Shown: positions 8,280 through 15,657 of the stretch, piece by piece
How positions within the stretch are numbered: the stretch's first letter is position 1
How the letters are laid out: each line of letters starts with the position of its first letter
From: Fidelibacterota bacterium
Lineage (GTDB): Bacteria; Fidelibacterota; Marinisomatia; Marinisomatales; TCS55
Reading direction: 5' to 3'
Assembly: GCA_018651745.1 (NCBI GenBank)
Contig: JABIDL010000030.1
Coordinates: 3,032 to 27,031, forward strand
DNA: 24,000 nucleotides
Program-made: the position numbers and the translations under genes
Notes under the pieces: generated by a model
Told to the model about the DNA's origin: nothing
Seen by the model: only the letters and a program-made list of their open reading frames with translations
Databases searched by the model: none

Positions 8280-9821
8280 ATGGTTTCCAAAGTTCTTAGT
8301 AGCGCTGTCCTTGGGATTGATGCCTACATTGTTGAGGTTGAGGCAAACCTTTCCGGTGCTCAGTTACCCAAATTTATAACCGTTGGCCTCCCGGAAGGTG
8401 CCGTAAAGGAAAGCAAAGAACGAGTCACAGCTGCGATTCGCAACAGCGATTTTATTTTACCATATAAACATATTACAATCAACCTTGCTCCGGCGGATAT
8501 TCGCAAAGAAGGATCTGCATTTGATCTTCCGATTGCCGTTGGAATCCTTGCAGCCACCGGTGCGGTAAAACAAAATTTTCTCAACAATTTGCTTTTGTTG
8601 GGTGAACTTGCTTTGGATGGCTCGCTCAGACCAATCAAGGGAGCGCTCCCGATCGCCATTAACGCTGCCAAAAAAGGAATTAAGGGAATCATTCTTCCAA
8701 ACGAAAATGCGCAAGAAGCCGGAATTGTGGACGGTATAAAAGTAGCCGGTGTGGATTCACTGGCAGAAGTGGCGGCTCTGCTAAATGGAAAAATGTCCAT
8801 GGATCCTATCAAAGTAGATAGACAGAAACTCTTTAATGAACAAAAAAATTATGATTTGGATTTTGCCGATGTGAAAGGTCAGGAACATGTAAAGCGTGCA
8901 ATTGAAGTGGCAGCAGCCGGAGGGCATAACGCCATTATGATCGGTCCTCCCGGAAGCGGGAAGACGATGCTGGCAAAACGTCTTCCGACCATTCTTCCGG
9001 ACCTCGTATTGGAAGAAGCACTACAGACTACCAAAATTCATTCCGTTGCCGGATTGCTTCCAGATGGAAAGGGGCTGATTGCTACACGTCCGTACCGTTC
9101 GCCGCATCATACTATTTCGGATGCAGGACTGATTGGCGGCGGAACGGTTCCGAAACCGGGTGAAGTCAGTCTTGCGCACAACGGTGTATTGTTTTTAGAT
9201 GAACTTCCGGAGTTCAAGAAAAATGTTTTGGAGGTCATGCGTCAACCGCTGGAGGATGGTTCTGTTACCATCGCGCGCGCAACAATGTCGCTAAGTTACC
9301 CATCCAATTTTATGTTGGTGGCGGCTATGAATCCATGTCCTTGTGGTTATGCGACAGATCCGAAAAATGAATGCACCTGTAATCCGCAATTGATTCAAAA
9401 ATATATGAGTCGAATTTCAGGTCCACTCATGGATCGAATTGATATTCACATCGAAGTCCCGTCAATCTCATTTGATGAATTATCCGAGAAGGAAAGTGGG
9501 GAAGCATCCAAATTTGTGCAAAAAAGAGTGCAGAATACCCGCAATGTTCAATTAACAAGGTTTGAAGGAAGAGATTCCATTTTTTGCAATGCACAAATGG
9601 AATCCAAAAATATTGCTGATTATTGTAAAATTGACAAAGAAGCATCTGATTTGCTGAAGACAGCCATGGAAAAATTGGGCCTATCAGCTCGAGCGTACGA
9701 TCGGATTTTAAAAGTATCACGGACGATTGCAGATTTAGAATCTTTAAAAGAAATCAGTTCTCAACATGTGAGCGAAGCAATTCAATATCGTAGCCTGGAT
9801 CGTAAGTTATGGCTTCAATGA
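8280..9821 (+). CDS. comM: YifB/ComM family Mg-chelatase-like AAA+ ATPase
   Basis: N-terminal Lon-protease-like domain (GIDAYIVEVEANLS, GLPEGAVKESKERV), Walker A GPPGSGKTMLAKRLP, Walker B VLFLDELPEF, a C-x-C-G...C-x-C zinc-like cluster (NPCPCGY...CTCNP) and a C-terminal ARAYDRILKVSRTIADL...QYRSLDR. 513 aa. Confidence 0.93.
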   Translation: MVSKVLSSAVLGIDAYIVEVEANLSGAQLPKFITVGLPEGAVKESKERVTAAIRNSDFILPYKHITINLAPADIRKEGSAFDLPIAVGILAATGAVKQNFLNNLLLLGELALDGSLRPIKGALPIAINAAKKGIKGIILPNENAQEAGIVDGIKVAGVDSLAEVAALLNGKMSMDPIKVDRQKLFNEQKNYDLDFADVKGQEHVKRAIEVAAAGGHNAIMIGPPGSGKTMLAKRLPTILPDLVLEEALQTTKIHSVAGLLPDGKGLIATRPYRSPHHTISDAGLIGGGTVPKPGEVSLAHNGVLFLDELPEFKKNVLEVMRQPLEDGSVTIARATMSLSYPSNFMLVAAMNPCPCGYATDPKNECTCNPQLIQKYMSRISGPLMDRIDIHIEVPSISFDELSEKESGEASKFVQKRVQNTRNVQLTRFEGRDSIFCNAQMESKNIADYCKIDKEASDLLKTAMEKLGLSARAYDRILKVSRTIADLESLKEISSQHVSEAIQYRSLDRKLWLQ

Positions 9822-10351
9822 AAGGAAAAAGAAAACATATTCGATTAGCTGATTATGATTATTCTCAATCAGGTATTTATTTTGTCACAATTTGCTCTCA
9901 GATACGGGAATGTATTTTTGGTGAAATAACGAATGGAAACATGAAATTAAATCTAATCGGGAATATTGCTTACCGTTGCTGGGAGGGAATCGAAAAGCAT
10001 TATACGTCTGTAAATCTGTTTGATTTTGTAGTGATGCCAAATCATGTGCATGGAATGGTAGGATTGAATTCAACTCAATTCAAAAATCCGGTATTAGGTG
10101 ATATTGTTGGCAAATATAAAGCAGCAGTAACAAGGGAAATAAACAAACGTAGGGGCGAGATATATCGCGCCCCTACAAAGGTTTGGCAAAGAAATTATTA
10201 TGAACACATCATTCGGAACGAAACTGCATTCGAGAGAATTACAGAATACATTCGATCCAATCCATCCAATTGGAAACAGGATAAAGAAAACCGAGATCGA
10301 AACAAATTGAATAATTTTTATGGATGGGTAGATACCTACTGGAAAAATTAA
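9809..10351 (+). CDS. IS200/IS605-type Y1 HUH transposase homologue, RAYT-like (REP-associated tyrosine transposase-like), apparently domesticated and single-gene
   Basis: HUH motif MPNHVHGMV and catalytic Tyr region WQRNYYEHIIRNE, with an N-terminal YDYSQSGIYFVTICS. About 180 aa. Alternative start ATG 9818 forms an ATGA overlap with the comM stop. No room for flanking inverted repeats or REPs. Confidence 0.85.
   Translation: MASMKGKRKHIRLADYDYSQSGIYFVTICSQIRECIFGEITNGNMKLNLIGNIAYRCWEGIEKHYTSVNLFDFVVMPNHVHGMVGLNSTQFKNPVLGDIVGKYKAAVTREINKRRGEIYRAPTKVWQRNYYEHIIRNETAFERITEYIRSNPSNWKQDKENRDRNKLNNFYGWVDTYWKN
10149..10176 (+). repeat. GC-rich REP-like palindrome beginning with GTAG, embedded in the RAYT-like coding sequence
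   Basis: GTAGGGGCG (10149-10157) is the perfect reverse complement of CGCCCCTAC (10168-10176). The stem extends to 11 positions with one A/G mismatch around an ATATAT loop. It encodes RRGEIYRAPT and stands out as GC-rich in an AT-rich gene. Confidence 0.5.
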
Positions 10352-10359
10352 AGAAAAAT

Positions 10360-10869
10360 ATGATACTCATTATCAGTTCAAGTTTGAATCCCAACAGCCT
10401 GAGCAGGGTCATGGCTCAACAGGTCAAGATTAGACTTGAGGAAAATAATGCGGAAGCTGAATTTATTGATATGCGTAATTACGATCTTCCTTTTTGCGAT
10501 GGAGACTCATGTTACAATCATCCGAAAGTAAAGGAAGTAAAGGAAAAAATACAGTCAGCTCGTGCGATTTTATGTGCATCGCCTGTTTATAATTACGATG
10601 TGAATGCTGTTTTGAAAAATCTGGTCGAACTTACAGGAAAAGCATGGGAAAATAAAACTGTTGGACTTGTATGTTCGGCCGGTGGACAGGGTAGTTATAT
10701 GAGTCCGATGCCATTTTTAAACAGTTTGATGCTGGATTTCAGGTGCCACATAATTCCACGCTTTGTTTACACTACAAAATTCGCATTTACAGATGGCGCC
10801 ATATCTGACGAAAATTTGAAGAACAGAATTAAAGAATTATCAGCTGAATTAAAAAATACAAGAAGATAA
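10360..10869 (+). CDS. NAD(P)H-dependent FMN reductase / flavodoxin-fold oxidoreductase
   Basis: ATG 10360 gives MILIISSSLNPNSLSRVMA, the typical N-terminal strand plus phosphate-binding loop of NADPH-dependent FMN reductases. Also PVYNYDVNAVLKN and VCSAGGQGS segments. About 169 aa. Confidence 0.8.
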   Translation: MILIISSSLNPNSLSRVMAQQVKIRLEENNAEAEFIDMRNYDLPFCDGDSCYNHPKVKEVKEKIQSARAILCASPVYNYDVNAVLKNLVELTGKAWENKTVGLVCSAGGQGSYMSPMPFLNSLMLDFRCHIIPRFVYTTKFAFTDGAISDENLKNRIKELSAELKNTRR

Positions 10870-10873
10870 TGAG

Positions 10874-11839
10874 ATGGAAAAAGATTTAACATTAAAAGAC
10901 GTTTTCCCACCCATTGATCCGTATAATGGATTTATGTTAGATGTTTCTAGTCTGCATTCAATTCATGTAGAAGAGTCTGGGAATCCGAATGGTAAACCGG
11001 CTCTCTTCCTACATGGTGGGCCCGGAGGCGGAATTGAACCAATCTATCGCCAGTATTTCGACCCCGAGAAATGGCGACTGATTCTAATAGACCAGCGCGG
11101 CTGCGGAAAGAGTTTGCCGTTTGCCGAACTCGAAGAAAATACTACCTGGGAACTTGTAGAAGATATTGAGAAAGTCCGCGAATATTTGGGAATAAAGAAC
11201 TGGGTAGTTTTCGGTGGAAGTTGGGGAAGCACCCTTTCTCTAGCCTATGCAGAAACGTATCCCGATCGTGTGATAGGGTTAATCCTGAGAGGTATATTTA
11301 TGCTCAGAAAAAAGGAACTGCAATGGTTCTATCAGGAAGGCGCTAGTGAAATTTATCCGGACGCTTTCGAGCATTATGTAAAACCTATCCTTGAAGAGGA
11401 TCGAGATGATTTTCTGCATGCTTTTTATAAACGCTTGACCTCTAAAGACAGGATGACTCGATTGGAAGCTGCCAAAGCCTGGTCAATTTGGGAAGGCGCA
11501 ACCAGCAAACTGTATGCAGACTCAAATTTGGTTGAACGGTTCGGAAAGGACAAATTTGCGGAAGCCTTCGCGCGCATAGAATGCCATTATTTTGTGAATG
11601 GAGGATGGTTTAACCCGGAAGACCAGCTCCTGCGGGACATCAATAAAATTCGGCACATACCGGCCGTAATCATTCAAGGGCGGTATGATGTTGTATGTCC
11701 AGCAACTTCTGCTTGGGAGTTGCACAAAGCCTGGCCCGAAGCAGACTTTCATATTGTTCAGGATGCCGGTCATTCCATGTCTGAACCGGGAATTCGCTCA
11801 AAATTGATAGAAGCAACGGAGAAGTTTGCTACTTTGTAA
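10874..11839 (+). CDS. pip: Proline iminopeptidase (prolyl aminopeptidase), alpha/beta hydrolase
   Basis: HGGPGGG oxyanion motif, DQRGCGKS, nucleophile elbow GGSWGSTL, C-terminal GRYDVVCP and DAGHS. 321 aa, with end-to-end family resemblance. Confidence 0.93.
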   Translation: MEKDLTLKDVFPPIDPYNGFMLDVSSLHSIHVEESGNPNGKPALFLHGGPGGGIEPIYRQYFDPEKWRLILIDQRGCGKSLPFAELEENTTWELVEDIEKVREYLGIKNWVVFGGSWGSTLSLAYAETYPDRVIGLILRGIFMLRKKELQWFYQEGASEIYPDAFEHYVKPILEEDRDDFLHAFYKRLTSKDRMTRLEAAKAWSIWEGATSKLYADSNLVERFGKDKFAEAFARIECHYFVNGGWFNPEDQLLRDINKIRHIPAVIIQGRYDVVCPATSAWELHKAWPEADFHIVQDAGHSMSEPGIRSKLIEATEKFATL

Positions 11840-11959
11840 AAATGTCAGAATCTTGATAAAATGGATTATGAACGTATGCTTTGATCAACAGATTGGCGTT
11901 ATTTCCGTGAATTCAATCCACTGTTTTGCGTTGCTGAGTTTTTTAACTAAATTGTAACC

Positions 11960-12829
11960 ATGGCTGGCCAATCCCGAAAGAAAACTAAAACCCTTGAAGT
12001 CATGGTTGCGGATGTAATTCGTGAGACTCCCGATACTTCAACGATAATCTTTTTTACCGGCAATGACCATCTTGATTACGCGCCGGGGCATTTTCTAACA
12101 ATTGAACCCCACCAGTTTCCAGCACTCGAACGGTGGACTGCATATCTTGAGGATCAAAAGGGTAGAAGAGAACCTCCTCGGGCGTATTCTATGGCAAGTT
12201 CACCGGATGAACATCACCTTGCGATCACAGTCAAGGAAGAACGTTATGTTACCGATGTCACTAAATATCCTCCACTTTTATCCCCGATCTTGGCCTACCG
12301 CACTGTCCGGGGAACCAAAATGAAAATCACCGGATTTGCCGGTCCGTATACACTCCCGAAGGATGGGGTTCCTGAGAGTATTCTGCATATTTGTGCCGGT
12401 AGTGGAATCGTCCCAAACTGGAGTATTTTGAAGTATTGTCTTCGTAACCATCCCGATATGAAACACCGCCTCATTTATAGTAATAAAACGTGGGCAGACA
12501 CTATTTTTGGCGAAGGATTACTTGATTTGCAGAGACAATTTCCTGAAAACCTAGAAATAGTATTTACCATAACCCGTGAAGACACTTTCCTGAAAAATGG
12601 CGCAACCTTACAAAAAGGTAGGATTACGAGAGATTTAATAGAAAAAACGATTGAAGAGCTTGATAACCCGATGCTGTATGTTTGCGGTCCGGCTTTGTCT
12701 AAATGGGATAAATTGTTAGCCAAAAAGAATGGAACTACCCCACCGCCTAGATTTATGGAATCTGCCTTGGGATTGTTGGAAGATCTGGGGGTAGATAAAA
12801 AAAGCATTACAAAGGAATCCTACGGTTAA
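11960..12829 (+). CDS. Ferredoxin-NADP reductase-like FAD/NAD(P)-binding oxidoreductase
   Basis: RAYSMAS (RxYS FAD-binding motif), CAGSGIVP (NAD(P)-binding GxGxxP) and YVCGP near the C-terminus. 289 aa. Confidence 0.8.
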   Translation: MAGQSRKKTKTLEVMVADVIRETPDTSTIIFFTGNDHLDYAPGHFLTIEPHQFPALERWTAYLEDQKGRREPPRAYSMASSPDEHHLAITVKEERYVTDVTKYPPLLSPILAYRTVRGTKMKITGFAGPYTLPKDGVPESILHICAGSGIVPNWSILKYCLRNHPDMKHRLIYSNKTWADTIFGEGLLDLQRQFPENLEIVFTITREDTFLKNGATLQKGRITRDLIEKTIEELDNPMLYVCGPALSKWDKLLAKKNGTTPPPRFMESALGLLEDLGVDKKSITKESYG

Positions 12830-12966
12830 ACGGAAGTTTTAATTATTTCATTGTCTTAATCTTTTAACTATTTTTGGATAAAGCCCCAAAATCTTCAAAA
12901 AATAGGTTTCCATTCACTCATGAATTGTAACTGAAATTCATCTTACGTTTATTAGAAATAATCCCA

Positions 12967-12996
12967 TTGACAAATCATTGGTTTAGGGTTTAAAAT
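12967..12996 (+). promoter_or_regulatory. Candidate sigma-70-type promoter for the pilus operon (TTGACA-N18-TAAAAT)
   Basis: TTGACA at 12967-12972 and TAAAAT at 12991-12996, about 120 nt upstream of the pilin ATG inside the window's only long (290 nt) AT-rich intergenic region. Sequence match only; promoter consensus in this lineage is unknown. Confidence 0.3.
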
Positions 12997-13118
12997 CTCA
13001 AAAACTAGGAATATGATGATCGTCAATACGCTCGTTAGTAGAAATCATTAAAATTTTGTACATTACTTGGCTTTATTTGAACCCAATAAAACATCTTTAC
13101 AAAGGAACAGGAAAAAAC

Positions 13119-13526
13119 ATGAATAAAATAATAGAATCCCTAAAGAAGGGTTTCACAATGATCGAGATTATGGTTGTGGTTGTAATTGTCGCGATTTTAG
13201 CGGCGGTAGCTGTGCCTATTTATATTGATTATGTTGAAAGTGCCCGTGCGTCTGAGGCGAAATCGGTAATTGGAAGTATCACAAATGGTGCAAAGATGTA
13301 TCGGCAAACGTACGGCGAATGGCCGTCAGATGTTGAAGAAATTGAAAGTGCAGGACAAATAAGTGTCGATCGAGCAACCAAACGTCAATGGATTTTCGAA
13401 ATCCAAATGCCCGAACGTGTTCTTGCTACCAGCACCAGTGAAATGGAAGGTGGCGAAGGAAAGGTTGTTGAATACAATGCCGAAACGGGACAATACACAG
13501 GGTACGGAACCAAAAAACGTAATTAG
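13119..13526 (+). CDS. Major type IV pilin / GspG-like pseudopilin with prepilin-type N-terminal cleavage/methylation motif
   Basis: ATG 13119 (AGGAACAGGA upstream) gives the leader MNKIIESLKKG followed by FTMIEIMVVVVIVAILAAVAVPIY, i.e. G-1, F+1, E+5 and a hydrophobic alpha1 helix. The mature protein is 124 aa with no cysteine. Confidence 0.85.
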   Translation: MNKIIESLKKGFTMIEIMVVVVIVAILAAVAVPIYIDYVESARASEAKSVIGSITNGAKMYRQTYGEWPSDVEEIESAGQISVDRATKRQWIFEIQMPERVLATSTSEMEGGEGKVVEYNAETGQYTGYGTKKRN

Positions 13527-13532
13527 AATTGT

Positions 13533-14585
13533 ATGAACATTGATAAACTTCTATCCTACGCTCTCGAAAGCGGTGCTTCGGATTTACATTTAAGTACCGG
13601 ATCTATTCCGATGGTTCGCATTAACGGAACCATGAAGCCGTTGAATCGTCCTGAAATGGAAGATTCTGATATGGAGACTATTCTTCCTCAAATCATGGAC
13701 GAAGATCAAATTTCTCGGTACCGAAAAGATAAGGAAATTGATTTATCTTACAAATTAGATGGTCAGGGAAGATTCCGCGTGAATTTCTTTCACCAAATCA
13801 GCGGGCTTGCAGGAGTATTTAGAACTATTTCTGAAGTTCCGAAAGGGTTTGAAGAACTTGGATTGCCGCCTGTTTTATCGAATTTAGCAATGCTCGAAAA
13901 TGGTTTGGTTTTGCTTACCGGTCCTACGGGATCGGGGAAAAGTACCACGCTTGCCGCTATGATTGATTATGTGAATCAAAATAAGTCGAAGCATATAATC
14001 ACGATCGAAGATCCTGTTGAATATTTCCATAGTTCTAGCCAATGTCTCATCAATCAGAGAGAATTGGGTCTTACGACCCATAGTTTTGCAAATGCGTTGA
14101 GAGCAGCTCTTAGAGAAGACCCTGATGTGATTTTGGTTGGTGAAATGCGGGACCTTGATACGATTTCACTTGCACTCACCGCGGCGGAAACGGGACACTT
14201 GGTTTTGTCAACTCTTCATACTTCGAGTTCCGTAAAAGCAGTGGACAGAATTATTGATATTTTCCCCGCCAGCCAAAAAAGTCAAATCCGATCGATGCTT
14301 TCGGAAAGTTTGGAAGCAGTCATTTCCCAAAAATTATTACCAACCAAAGATGATAAAGGTCGAGTCCCGGCATTGGAAATTCTTATGGCGACAACGGCTA
14401 TTCGGAATCTTATCCGAGAAGACCGAATTTACCAAATTCCTTCCGTGATGCAGTCCGGAGGAGTGGATGGAATGCAAACGCTTGACCAAGACCTTCAAAG
14501 ACTTGTTTCTCAGGCAATTATCGAACGATCGCAAGCAGTTGCATTAGCAGATAATCCGAAACTATTTGAATCAAAAGTCCTGTAG
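13533..14585 (+). CDS. pilT: Type IV pilus retraction ATPase PilT
   Basis: 350 aa. Walker A GPTGSGKSTT, Walker B/Asp box ILVGEMRD, His box TGHLVLSTLHT and the PilT-specific AIRNLIRE motif. N-terminal ASDLHLSTGSIPMVRING. Confidence 0.93.
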   Translation: MNIDKLLSYALESGASDLHLSTGSIPMVRINGTMKPLNRPEMEDSDMETILPQIMDEDQISRYRKDKEIDLSYKLDGQGRFRVNFFHQISGLAGVFRTISEVPKGFEELGLPPVLSNLAMLENGLVLLTGPTGSGKSTTLAAMIDYVNQNKSKHIITIEDPVEYFHSSSQCLINQRELGLTTHSFANALRAALREDPDVILVGEMRDLDTISLALTAAETGHLVLSTLHTSSSVKAVDRIIDIFPASQKSQIRSMLSESLEAVISQKLLPTKDDKGRVPALEILMATTAIRNLIREDRIYQIPSVMQSGGVDGMQTLDQDLQRLVSQAIIERSQAVALADNPKLFESKVL

Positions 14586-15038
14586 ATGAAACTGCACAAT
14601 TCAAATGGATTTACGTTTATCGAAGTGTTGATTGCTGTGGTAATTGTGAGTGTGGCAGCATTTGGCTTAATGCTCGGCGCTGTACATGCAAGAGGAGAAT
14701 TGCAGGCGCTTGAAATCCGCGAACGTGCGACAGAAGAATTATTAAGTTTTGTAGAAACCATGAAAGGTCGCGTTGCAGATGGACGATTAACTGGAATTGA
14801 GCGTAGTGGAGATTTAGAAGGGAAACAAGTTTTTCTTTTGGGGAACAATGAAAACCCCGATAAAATCGAAGCAAAAATTTACTACGATCCGATTTATGAA
14901 GAACCTTCAGATTCTTCCGGTGGAATGGATCGCTATAGGTTTAAAACATGGATCACATGGAAGGATTATACGTCTGCAAGAAACGATGTAAAGAAAACCC
15001 GTGTATTAGAAATGGTAATGCTGGAGTATCCGCTGTGA
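14586..15038 (+). CDS. Minor pseudopilin (GspI/PilV-like) with prepilin N-terminal motif
   Basis: Leader MKLHNSNG followed by FTFIEVLIAVVIVSVAAFGL. The ATG directly abuts the pilT stop. 150 aa. Confidence 0.8.
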   Translation: MKLHNSNGFTFIEVLIAVVIVSVAAFGLMLGAVHARGELQALEIRERATEELLSFVETMKGRVADGRLTGIERSGDLEGKQVFLLGNNENPDKIEAKIYYDPIYEEPSDSSGGMDRYRFKTWITWKDYTSARNDVKKTRVLEMVMLEYPL

Positions 15039-15655
15039 AGATTTCTTTCACTGAAAAATCATCTCCGGGACTTACTCTCATTGAGTTGGTTACATCTATG
15101 ACGGTGATTGGCATTATGGTTGTCGGACTCTCAATGGGTGTACAAGGAATTCTTTTTCATTATCAAAACGACTCAGTCTTGTTGGAAGTTCGGCAATATG
15201 GTCAGGCTGTTATGCGGGAAATTATGTATGAAATTAATTCTTCAAGATTTATAGAAAGAGATTTTGCAAACGGATATGCACGTCTTAGTCTTTATAAGTA
15301 TGATAAAAATGGGAACGAATCTACTTTGTTCATATCCGGGCATGCGCTGGATGGAATTCAATTTGATGGAAGAAATCCGGTAGGCGGAACACTCGGGTTT
15401 CCCAGAAAGGGTCGCTTTCGTGATAACCGTCAGCGGATTGTTCGGCTCGAAACATTCAAGGCAGACCAGAGGATTGAAGAACGACCAAGTCTCCAAAAAT
15501 TTGCAGAAGCCACATGGGATATCGAATTGATTTTTTCAATTGAATCAGATGTAAACGATCAGAATCCGTTGAATACAAATATCCGGGTAAAGCGAACCGT
15601 ATTTATGCCGAATAAATATATTTCTCTCTACGAAAAATCCAGCGAACAAGGGTAA
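15035..15655 (+). CDS. Minor pseudopilin (GspJ/PilW-like) with prepilin N-terminal motif
   Basis: GTG 15035 forms a GTGA overlap with the upstream stop and gives the leader (M)KISFTEKSSPG followed by LTLIELVTSMTVIGIMVVGL. The track's 14948 start would add a 41-aa leader overlapping the previous gene. Confidence 0.7.
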   Translation: MKISFTEKSSPGLTLIELVTSMTVIGIMVVGLSMGVQGILFHYQNDSVLLEVRQYGQAVMREIMYEINSSRFIERDFANGYARLSLYKYDKNGNESTLFISGHALDGIQFDGRNPVGGTLGFPRKGRFRDNRQRIVRLETFKADQRIEERPSLQKFAEATWDIELIFSIESDVNDQNPLNTNIRVKRTVFMPNKYISLYEKSSEQG

Positions 15656-15657
15656 TT

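Noticed and set aside
9809-10351. An active IS200/IS605 insertion sequence (mobile element call)
   Set aside because: There is no tnpB partner, no flanking subterminal hairpins and no intergenic space on either side. Both ends abut or overlap neighbouring genes. It is better described as a domesticated RAYT-like gene.
11840-11959. Rho-independent terminators after pip (11840-11959) and after the FNR-like gene (12830-12900)
   Set aside because: I could not find a GC-rich stem followed by a T-run. There are only weak AT-rich partial palindromes.
13013-13051. 12-codon uORF (MMIVNTLVSRNH) with an AGGA 5 nt upstream, lying between the candidate promoter and the pilin gene, as a possible leader peptide
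   Set aside because: It is very short and sits in AT-rich DNA, where such ORFs arise by chance. No attenuator-like alternative hairpins are visible, and conservation cannot be assessed here.
13067-13080. Possible sigma-54 promoter (TTGGCTTTATTTGA) upstream of the pilin gene
   Set aside because: The GG is present, but the -12 element does not match TTGC at the required spacing. It is not a credible match to TGGCAC-N5-TTGC.
13056-13118. Longer N-terminal extensions proposed by the ORF track (13056 TTG; also 14948, 5334, 10324, 20479, 2113)
   Set aside because: Internal ATG/GTG starts give canonical short prepilin leaders or signal peptides and avoid long overlaps with upstream genes. The extensions add non-signal-like residues.
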